Origin: Gemmata obscuriglobus
GTDB taxonomy: Bacteria; Planctomycetota; Planctomycetia; Gemmatales; Gemmataceae
Assembly: GCF_008065095.1 (NCBI RefSeq)
Contig: NZ_CP042911.1
Location: 8,940,001-8,972,000, forward strand
Reading direction: 5' to 3'
Length of the DNA stretch: 32,000 nucleotides
In this document: positions 25,312-32,000 of the stretch, in pieces
How positions within the stretch are numbered: the first letter of the stretch is position 1
Layout: every line of letters starts with the position of its first letter
Notes under the pieces: generated by a model
What the model was told of the DNA's origin: nothing
Databases searched by the model: none
What the model saw: the letters and a program-made list of their open reading frames with translations, nothing else
Made by a program: the position numbers and the translations under genes

Positions 25312-25361
25312 TTCGACGTCCCTCGGTTAGCGTTCGTGCGAAAGCGGCATTTTAGGAACGA

Positions 25362-26765
25362 TCACCACGGCTGGCCAATCGCCCGGGCCACGAGGTCGTA
25401 CCCGTCGGACGCCGTGATCTTCGCCCGGACGAAATCGCCCGGGCGCAGGTTCTTCCCCTTCACCCGCACCGCGCAATCGATCTCGGGTGCGTCGGCGTAA
25501 GTGCGGCCCCGGAAGTGGTTGGCGAACTCGGGGTCCGGCCCGTCGATCACAACGGGATGCTCCCGGCCGACTTGCGCCTCGGCCCAGCCGAACGCAACGC
25601 CCTGTTGCACTTCCATGATCGCGTTCACGCGGGCCTGCTTCACGTCCTCAGGCAGGTGCCCGTCGAGCTTCTCGGCAGGCGTGCCCGGTTCGAGCGAGTA
25701 CGGGAACACCCCCACCCGCTCGAACTTGAACTGCGCAACGAAGTCGCGCAGTTCCTCGAACTCGGCGTCGGTTTCGCCGGGGAACCCGGTGATGAACGTG
25801 GTGCGGATCGCGAGGTCCGGCCACTTCTCGCGGAGCCGGTACAGCAGCTTCTCGGTCGCGGCGCGATCGACCCGGCGGATCATCCGCTTCAGCACGCGGT
25901 CGCTGATGTGCTGGAGCGGCATATCCAGGTACGGGATGATCTTCTTCGAGCCCGCGAACGTCTCGATCAGCTCGTCCGAGATGTGTTCCGGGTAGGCATA
26001 CAGAGTGCGAATCCACTCGATGTTCTCGACCTTGTCGAGTTCGCGCAGCAGTTCGGCGAGCCGGGTGCGGCCGTACAGATCCATCCCGTAATAGGTCGTG
26101 TCCTGCGCGACGATGATGAGTTCGCGGACGCCGTCGGCGGCCAGCTCGCGGGCCTCGCGAATGACTTCCTCGATCGGCTTCGTGACGTGCTTCCCGCGCA
26201 TCTTGGGAATCGCGCAGTAGGTGCAGAGCCGGTCGCAGCCCTCGCTGACCTTCAGGTACGCGAAGTGCCGCGGGGTGATTCGGAGGCGGGCCGTGTCCTC
26301 GAGCGCCCGCACCGGCGCCGGCCGGAACAGCGACCGCTGCTCGTCGCGCTGCGACACCGCACGGTCCACGACGGCAGCGATCTCCTCGCGGCCGAACACG
26401 CCGACAATCTGATCGACTTCGGGCACCTGCTCGAGCAGCACGTCTTTCTGCCGCTCGGCCATGCACCCGGCGACGACGACGGACCCGACCTTGCCGGCCT
26501 TCTTCAGTTCGAGCATCTCGCGGATGACCGCGAGCGACTCCTGCCGCGCCGGCTCGATGAACCCGCAGGTGTTCACGATGACCACGTCGGCGCCGGCGGC
26601 GTCGGGCTGGAGCGAGTACCCGTCCTGGGCGAGTTTGCCCAGCATCCGCTCGCTGTCCACGGTGTTCTTGGGGCAGCCCAGCGAGATGAAGGCGTAGTTC
26701 CCTTTGGTCGCGGCGCCCGCGGCGGGCGACTTATCAGCGCTGAGCGGGAGACTCTTGACGGACAT
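25362..26765 (-). CDS. rimO: ribosomal protein S12 methylthiotransferase
   Basis: 467 aa. N-terminal MTTase domain ISLGCPKNTVDSERMLG...VVIVNTCGFI, radical-SAM cluster motif CDRLCTYC, and a C-terminal TRAM-like domain. Confidence 0.9.
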   Translation of the reverse strand: MSVKSLPLSADKSPAAGAATKGNYAFISLGCPKNTVDSERMLGKLAQDGYSLQPDAAGADVVIVNTCGFIEPARQESLAVIREMLELKKAGKVGSVVVAGCMAERQKDVLLEQVPEVDQIVGVFGREEIAAVVDRAVSQRDEQRSLFRPAPVRALEDTARLRITPRHFAYLKVSEGCDRLCTYCAIPKMRGKHVTKPIEEVIREARELAADGVRELIIVAQDTTYYGMDLYGRTRLAELLRELDKVENIEWIRTLYAYPEHISDELIETFAGSKKIIPYLDMPLQHISDRVLKRMIRRVDRAATEKLLYRLREKWPDLAIRTTFITGFPGETDAEFEELRDFVAQFKFERVGVFPYSLEPGTPAEKLDGHLPEDVKQARVNAIMEVQQGVAFGWAEAQVGREHPVVIDGPDPEFANHFRGRTYADAPEIDCAVRVKGKNLRPGDFVRAKITASDGYDLVARAIGQPW

Positions 26766-26842
26766 TCGATTGCGGCCCGGCGGTGTGTGGCGAAGGTCGA
26801 ACCGGTATTGTAGGGCGCTTATTGTAGGGTAACAAGCGGGGC

Positions 26843-27103
26843 TCAGCGCCGGCGGCTCGGCCCCGCGTACAGCACCTCGACCCGAAGGTTGTTATCGTCA
26901 ACGCGATAGTAGACGCCGAGGACATCCTCGTACCACAGCCGGTACCCTTGATCGCGGGACTCGCCCATGTCGCGCGGGGTACGCCGTAGGACCCAGTCGA
27001 TGCGAGCTGCGGCCGCACGTACGGCCGCCGGGTCATCGGCGGCCGCTTCAATGCGGGACACCTCAAGCGTGGCAGTCAACCGCCACGTGACAGTGAACGT
27101 CAT
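26843..27103 (-). CDS. ParE/RelE-superfamily toxin-like protein
   Basis: 86 aa from the ATG at 27103 (MTFTVTWRL...). The tail GYRLWYEDVLGVYYRVDDNNLRVEVLYAGPSRRR fits the ParE/RelE pattern. The start overlaps the upstream gene's stop as ATGA. The rest of the 240-aa ORF in the track is non-coding. Confidence 0.6.
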   Translation of the reverse strand: MTFTVTWRLTATLEVSRIEAAADDPAAVRAAAARIDWVLRRTPRDMGESRDQGYRLWYEDVLGVYYRVDDNNLRVEVLYAGPSRRR

Positions 27104-27348
27104 TGCCAGCCCAGCCGTTGTTTCATTTCTTCGAAGGTGAATCCCGGCTCGGTAAGCCGGCGGGCGGTCTCCTCGGGAGTGATCCCCCGGACCCAGTCGG
27201 GCTCGATCGCGCCCGCGGGGTCGGTCGCCGCGAGGAGCACGCCCGCCGGGTCGCGGAACTCGATGCGCTGGGTGCGGGCGGCTTCGACGAACAGCTTTTC
27301 GGCGTCGGCCCAGCTCACGGCCCGACCGCCGATGTGCAGCGTAACCAT
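27100..27348 (-). CDS. putative cognate antitoxin (family not recognised)
   Basis: 82 aa from the ATG at 27348 with GGAGG 6 nt upstream. It has a 4-nt ATGA overlap with the ParE-like gene. Sequence MVTLHIGGRAVSWADAEKLF...DWVRGITPEETARRLTEPGFTFEEMKQRLGWQ. Confidence 0.55.
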   Translation of the reverse strand: MVTLHIGGRAVSWADAEKLFVEAARTQRIEFRDPAGVLLAATDPAGAIEPDWVRGITPEETARRLTEPGFTFEEMKQRLGWQ

Positions 27349-27375
27349 CACACGCCTCCGATGAGATCAGTCTGT

Positions 27376-27405
27376 ATTGTAACACGTCTGCCCGGCGCTC
27401 AACAA
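27376..27405 (-). promoter_or_regulatory. candidate sigma70-like promoter of the toxin-antitoxin pair
   Basis: On the minus strand: TTGTTG (27400-27405), an 18-nt spacer, then TACAAT (27376-27381), about 28 nt upstream of the antitoxin ATG. Planctomycete promoter consensus is poorly defined. Confidence 0.3.
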
Positions 27406-27701
27406 CGCGCGAAAGCGGCACAGCAAGGGCTGTCGATGGGGCGCGGTTCGTCGTCAGGAAGGGCGCCCGGGCAAAAGGCGCCGGCTCGACTTCTTTGAGC
27501 CGAAGGAGTGGACCGCGGGCACCGAGCGCGAACCAAGTCACGCCCGTCGTCGGCTTGAACAGCACCGCCTGCCGTTCCCTTGGCGCAAGAAAACAGTACC
27601 GGGTTTACCGCCGCCGCGGCTTCACCGCGCTCCGCTCCTCGCGCGTCCCGTCCTCCGTACAACAGCGGGTGACTCGTCCCGCTGTACGGAGCTTCCTTCC
27701 G

Positions 27702-28787
27702 ATGCCTCTCGCCATCCGCACCGACGCCTGCGCCCTCGACTTCCTTTCCCTCGGCGCGCTGGTCCACCGGCTCGACCCGGGCGTCGTCCCGTTCCGCAAG
27801 GCCCGTAACTTCGACATCCACGTGTCCGGCGGCGAGTACAACGTCGCCGCGAACCTGTCCGACTGCTTCGGGCTGAAGACCGGCGTCGCCACCGCGATGG
27901 TGAACAACCCGGTGGGCGACCTCGTCCAGGCGCGCGTCCGCGAGATGGGCGTGGCCGCGTTCTACAAGCACTTCGAGCACGACGGCGTGCGCGGGCCGAA
28001 CATCGCCACGGTGTACAGCGACCGCGGCCAGGGCGTGCGCGCCCCGGTCGTGTTCTACAACCGGGCCAACGAGGCCGCTGCGCTCCTGAAGGTCGGCGAC
28101 TTCGACTGGAAGGCGATCATGACCGGCGGGTGCCGGTGGTTCCACTCCGGCGGCATCTTCGCGTCGCTCTCCGAAGCCAACCCGGACCTCATCATCGACG
28201 GGATGAAGGCCGCGAAGGCGCAAGGCGCGGTCGTGTCGTTCGACCTGAACTACCGCGGCAAGCTGTGGAAGACGGTCGGCGGCGACAAGCGGGCCGTTGA
28301 GGTGCTGCGCAAGATCGTGGCCAACGTGGACTGCCTCATCGGCAACGAAGAGGACATGCAGAAGGGGCTCGGCGTGAAAGGCCCCGAGGTGACCAAGAAG
28401 GAAGAGTCGAAGCTGAACCCCGACGTGTTCTTCGGGATGATCGAGAACACCGTGAAGGAGTTCCCGAACATCAAACTGGTCGCCACCACGCTGCGCGAGA
28501 CGCACTCGGCGAACCGGCACGACTGGGCCGCGGTGCTGTGGATGGACGGGCAGCGGTACATCAGCCCGACCGCCCAGCTCGACGTGATAGACCGCATCGG
28601 CGGCGGCGACGGGTTCGCCGCGGGCACCATTTACGGCCTGCTCGCCGGGCGCCAGCCGCAGGAGGCGCTGAACCTGGGCTGGGCGCACGGCGCGCTGCTC
28701 ACCACCTACCACGGCGACACCACGATGGCGACGCTCGCCGAGGTCGATGCGTTCGCCGCCGGCACCGGGGCGCGGGTGCAACGGTAA
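27702..28787 (+). CDS. PfkB/ribokinase-family sugar kinase (2-keto-3-deoxygluconate-kinase-like)
   Basis: ATG at 27702 within the longer ORF. Blocks GGEYNVAANL, FHSGGIF, VSFDLNYRGKLW, NEEDM and the ATP/anion-hole motif DRIGGGDGFAAGTIYGLLAG. Confidence 0.85.
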   Translation: MPLAIRTDACALDFLSLGALVHRLDPGVVPFRKARNFDIHVSGGEYNVAANLSDCFGLKTGVATAMVNNPVGDLVQARVREMGVAAFYKHFEHDGVRGPNIATVYSDRGQGVRAPVVFYNRANEAAALLKVGDFDWKAIMTGGCRWFHSGGIFASLSEANPDLIIDGMKAAKAQGAVVSFDLNYRGKLWKTVGGDKRAVEVLRKIVANVDCLIGNEEDMQKGLGVKGPEVTKKEESKLNPDVFFGMIENTVKEFPNIKLVATTLRETHSANRHDWAAVLWMDGQRYISPTAQLDVIDRIGGGDGFAAGTIYGLLAGRQPQEALNLGWAHGALLTTYHGDTTMATLAEVDAFAAGTGARVQR

Positions 28788-28847
28788 GTCAGATCGGCCG
28801 CCCCGGACCCGTGTCAGGGGACCGGAGGCGGCCCGACCGCTCAGTCG

Positions 28848-29750
28848 CTACTTGACCAACTCCACCTCGAAGATCAGGGTGGCGCCGCCCGGGATGCTCG
28901 GCTCGCTGCCGCGCTCGCCGTACCCCAGATCAGAGGGCACAACCAGTTTGCGGATGCCGCCGGGTTTCATGCCCGGAATGCCCTTCTGCCAGCCCTGCAC
29001 CAGACTGGTCAGCGGCCACGTGTTCGGCGCCTTGCCCTTGTTGCTGTCGAACTGCGTCCCGTCCACCAGCCACCCGGTGTAGTGGATCGTGACCGTCGCG
29101 CCCGGCGCGGCCGGTTCGCCGGTGCCTTCCTTCAGGTCGCGGACCTTCAGCCCCTCGCCGATGTCCTTCAGGCCGGGATCGTCGGTGCCGCCGTTCGACC
29201 CGTCCGACATCGGCTTCCCGGGACCGGTGGTCACGTTCTTTTGCGACATCACCTCGATCAGCTCGACCTCGAAGATGAGGGTACTGTTGGCCGGGATCTT
29301 GCCCTTGCTCGTCGACCCGTAACCCTTGTCGGGCGCGATCACCAGCTTGCGGATGCCGCCCGGTTTCATGCCCGGGATGCCCTCCTGCCAGCCCTTGATG
29401 AGCCCGGCCAGTTTGAACTGCGCCGGCTGCCCGCGGTCCTTGCTGCTGTCGAACTGCGTCCCGTCCACCAGCCACCCGGTGTAGTGGATCTTCACCTCGG
29501 CCCCCGCGGGGCACTCCTCGCCGACCCCCGCCTTGATGTCGCGGTACTTCACGCCCGGGGTCAGTTCCTTCAAACCGGGATCGTCGGGCGACCCATCCGA
29601 CCCGTCGGACATCTTCTTCGCCGTCGCGGCGTCGGACACGTAAATCACCAGCGACACCAGCACGATGATCACGCCGACCGCCAGCGCCGGCACCAGGATC
29701 TGCTTCATCTTCTGCTTGTCCAGCCCGTCGGGCTGAGCCGCACCCGCCAT
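28848..29750 (-). CDS. membrane-anchored peptidyl-prolyl isomerase with two tandem FKBP domains
   Basis: ATG at 29750 with GGAGGTG 5 nt upstream. TM anchor ILVPALAVGVIIVLVSLVIYV. The FKBP core occurs twice: IHYTGWLVDGTQFDSS...GWQEGIPGMKPGGIRKLVIAP...GYG...IPANSTLIFEVELIEV, then a second copy ending IFEVELVK. Confidence 0.9.
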   Translation of the reverse strand: MAGAAQPDGLDKQKMKQILVPALAVGVIIVLVSLVIYVSDAATAKKMSDGSDGSPDDPGLKELTPGVKYRDIKAGVGEECPAGAEVKIHYTGWLVDGTQFDSSKDRGQPAQFKLAGLIKGWQEGIPGMKPGGIRKLVIAPDKGYGSTSKGKIPANSTLIFEVELIEVMSQKNVTTGPGKPMSDGSNGGTDDPGLKDIGEGLKVRDLKEGTGEPAAPGATVTIHYTGWLVDGTQFDSNKGKAPNTWPLTSLVQGWQKGIPGMKPGGIRKLVVPSDLGYGERGSEPSIPGGATLIFEVELVK

Positions 29751-29848
29751 CGCCGCACCTCCGCGCGCCAGGAATGGGAATCGCAAGCTGTTATACGCCC
29801 GCGCCCCGGGGTAGCATCAACCCTCTCACCCCTCGCGAGGATTAAATC

Positions 29849-30706
29849 ATGCGCTTGTGTACTGCCGTCGTGTTCGCCCTGTGCGCGTGCGCGCTCGGGG
29901 CCGGCGGCCAGGAAAAGAAAGACAAAGAGGAGCTGACGAAGCTGCTCGGCGAGATCAAATCTCTCATGCAGGACCGAAAATACGCGAAGGTGATCCCGCT
30001 CGCGAAGAAGGCCGCCGAACTCGACCCCACGAACCCCGGCCCGCCGTTCGCTGCGGCAAACGCCCACGCCGAGCTGCGCCAGCACGCCGAGGCCGTAAAG
30101 GCGTGGAGCCAGTTCATCAAGCTCGTGCCCGAAGAGGCGAAGGCCTACGACGCCCGCGGCGACGCGCAACTCAAGCAGGGGAACTTCAAGGAAGCCCTCG
30201 CGGACTTCGACGAGTACCTCAAGCACAACCCGAAGGCGGCCCCGGACCACTGGCGGCGCGGGATCGCGCTGTACTACGCCGGCCGGTTCAAGGACGGGGC
30301 GGCGCAGTTCGACGCGGCCGAAGGGAAGGCGCGCGAGGACGTCGAGAACTCGGTGTGGCACTACCTCTGCAACGCCCGCGCGAACACGCCCAAGAAGGCC
30401 CGCGCGGAGCTGATTCCGGTAACGAAGGACGCGCGGGTGCCCATGAAGCAGGTGCTGGAACTGTTCGCGGGCAAGATCAAGCCGAAGGATGTGCTCGCTG
30501 CCGCCGAGGACGCGCAACTGGACGGCGAGGGGCTCAAGGAAGCGCGGTTCTACGCGAACCTGTACGTCGCGCTGTACTACGAAACCGAAGGCGACGCGAA
30601 GAAGTGCCTCGAGCACATGGCGACGGCGGTCGAGAAGTACGAAATCGGCCACTACATGTGGGACGTGGCCGCCGTCCACTTGAAGCTGTTGAAAGGCAAG
30701 AAATAA
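29849..30706 (+). CDS. TPR-repeat lipoprotein (NlpI-like)
   Basis: ATG with GAGGA 7 nt upstream. Signal and lipobox-like MRLCTAVVFALCACALG. TPR-like helices such as AKAYDARGDAQLKQGNFKEALADFDEYLKHNP. Confidence 0.8.
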   Translation: MRLCTAVVFALCACALGAGGQEKKDKEELTKLLGEIKSLMQDRKYAKVIPLAKKAAELDPTNPGPPFAAANAHAELRQHAEAVKAWSQFIKLVPEEAKAYDARGDAQLKQGNFKEALADFDEYLKHNPKAAPDHWRRGIALYYAGRFKDGAAQFDAAEGKAREDVENSVWHYLCNARANTPKKARAELIPVTKDARVPMKQVLELFAGKIKPKDVLAAAEDAQLDGEGLKEARFYANLYVALYYETEGDAKKCLEHMATAVEKYEIGHYMWDVAAVHLKLLKGKK

Positions 30707-30708
30707 GC

Positions 30709-30812
30709 GTGTTCACCGCAGAGGGCACGAGAGGGCGCGGAGAAAGGCATTGAGAGTCCGAGAACTCTCAAGGTCTTTCTCCGCGCCCTCTCGTGCCCTC
30801 TGCGGTGAACAC
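30709..30812. repeat. 104-bp near-complete palindrome (REP-like family 2), likely bidirectional terminator
   Basis: The 38-nt arm gtgttcaccgcagagggcacgagagggcgcggagaaag (30709-30746) is perfectly complementary to 30775-30812. The centre holds an inner dyad ttgagagtt/aactctcaa with one mismatch. A partial third arm lies at about 30829-30848 (gcgccctctgcggttaacac). It sits between the convergent TPR and MATE genes. Confidence 0.85.
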
Positions 30813-30852
30813 CTTTCTTGTCTTCTCTGCGCCCTCTGCGGTTAACACCCTT

Positions 30853-32000
30853 CTATTCACTTAACCCCGGCTCGATGACGCGCATCGACTTCCACTTGCC
30901 GCCGCGGAACCGGAACCAGAAGCACACGCTCATCCCGATGATGTGCAGCGTCGCGAACACCCAGCACCAGTACAGGTTCCCGCCGTTGAACACAACGACC
31001 GCGGTCGGGATCACCATCAGGGGCCACGCCAGCGCGAACGTGAGGGCGGTCACGTACTTGGTGTCCCCGGCCCCGCGGAGCGCGAACGCGAACGACACGT
31101 TGATCGCGTCCGCCACCGAGAACACCGCCACGCACAGCAACAGGTTCGGAACCAGCGCCGCGATCGCCGCGAACTGCTCCGGCTCCTTATCCCCCTCGAA
31201 CACCGACAGCAGCACCGTCGGAATGGTGACGTAAGCGAGCGCGATCAGGGACATGTACCCGAACGTCCACTTCAGCCCGGTGTAGGTGCTCTTCTCCGCG
31301 AGGTCCGGGCGGTCGCCGCCGAGCCGCTGCCCCACCATGATGCAGATCGCCTGCCCCATCCCCATCATCGGCAGGAACGCGATCATGTTCAGCCGGATGG
31401 CGAGGGTCGTCGCGCCCAGGGCCGCGTCCCCGAGCCGCCCGACCAGTTGCGTGAAGGCGTTGAACACCAGCACGTCGAGGAACACCTGCATCCCCGCCGG
31501 ACCGCCGTAAACCATCAGCCGCCGGAACAGCTCGCGCTCCGGCTTCCACCCGCTGAAGGTGCCGAACTCGTCGCGGTACTTCTTGCGGAGCATCAGCGCC
31601 AGCGCGAACAGCGCCGCCGCCCACGACCCCGCTACCGTCGCCCACCCAGCGCCTTCGATGCCCAGTTCCGGAAAGCCCAGTCGGCCGAAAATCAGTACTA
31701 AGGCGAATGCGATATTCACCGCCGTGCCGGCCGCTTCGATTCCGAGCACGGTCCACGTCTGCCCGCGCCCGGAGAAGAACCCGTTGATCGCGCCCATCAC
31801 GAGCATCGGCAGGGCCGCGAAAGCGAGACACCGCAAGTAAATGGTCTCGAGCCGCTGGATCTCCGGCGTGTGCCCGCCCACCGCAATCAGGTGCGGGGAC
31901 GCCGGAACCACCACAAGGAACAGCACGCCCGCGACAACGGCGAAGTGAATCCCCTGCCACACGGCGGCGCCGACGCGGTGCGGGCGCTTGGCCCCGGTGT
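30853..32000 (-). CDS. MATE-family efflux transporter (5' end beyond the window)
   Basis: Multi-pass membrane ORF with a TAG stop at 30853-30855. The frame stays open through 32000 (...TGAKRPHRVGAAVWQGIHF), so the M at 31962 in the ORF track is an internal GTG codon. MATE-like blocks include GAGDTKY and LGFPELGIEGAGWATV. Confidence 0.85.
   Translation of the reverse strand, partial: TGAKRPHRVGAAVWQGIHFAVVAGVLFLVVVPASPHLIAVGGHTPEIQRLETIYLRCLAFAALPMLVMGAINGFFSGRGQTWTVLGIEAAGTAVNIAFALVLIFGRLGFPELGIEGAGWATVAGSWAAALFALALMLRKKYRDEFGTFSGWKPERELFRRLMVYGGPAGMQVFLDVLVFNAFTQLVGRLGDAALGATTLAIRLNMIAFLPMMGMGQAICIMVGQRLGGDRPDLAEKSTYTGLKWTFGYMSLIALAYVTIPTVLLSVFEGDKEPEQFAAIAALVPNLLLCVAVFSVADAINVSFAFALRGAGDTKYVTALTFALAWPLMVIPTAVVVFNGGNLYWCWVFATLHIIGMSVCFWFRFRGGKWKSMRVIEPGLSE

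Noticed and set aside
25515-26813. 432-aa plus-strand ORF opposite rimO, and the 460-aa minus-strand ORF at 27399-28781 opposite the sugar kinase
   Set aside because: Both are antisense to genes with unambiguous catalytic motifs, and both translations are low-complexity.
28788-28847. Hairpin terminator between the sugar kinase and FKBP genes
   Set aside because: The GC-rich arms (ggccgccccggaccc / ggggaccggaggcggccc) pair only imperfectly, and there is no U-tract on either strand. The evidence is too weak to call.

Overview
High-GC (roughly two-thirds G+C by eye) chromosomal segment. The gene content points to Planctomycetota, probably Gemmataceae: a DUF1559 pseudopilin-like protein, a Tat-signal DUF1501 protein, and a 2558-aa surface protein with a LEALENR N-terminal motif. 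Recognisable core genes are selA, a NifS/IscS-type cysteine desulfurase, an alpha/beta hydrolase, an HI0933/BaiN-type flavoprotein, rimO, a PfkB sugar kinase, a tandem FKBP isomerase, an SDR epimerase, a TPR lipoprotein and a MATE transporter that runs off the 3' edge. Accessory and unusual content: (1) Upstream of the flavoprotein gene (6142-7454) there are three diverged copies of its own 5' end. The two displaced copies are cut at the same codon and separated by two ~600-bp, lower-GC, single-ORF cassettes, which looks like repeated site-specific insertion that regenerates the gene start each time. (2) A translationally coupled three-gene operon of unknown function (23511-25053) in which two genes share a previously unnamed NPF/WW/AVW module. 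(3) A candidate 36-codon, extremely basic ORF (below the ORF-track cutoff) between rimO and a strong terminator. (4) A decayed DUF433/DUF5615 toxin-antitoxin pair whose toxin carries an in-frame TAG. (5) A ParE/RelE-like toxin with an unrecognised antitoxin. (6) A TipA-type MerR regulator with a textbook 19-bp-spacer promoter, next to a membrane MutS-like ATPase whose conserved N-terminus has no canonical start codon. (7) Two families of intergenic hairpin (REP-like) repeats. Many long ORFs in the track are antisense artefacts of high GC. No tRNA, rRNA, CRISPR array, transposase or integrase was recognised.
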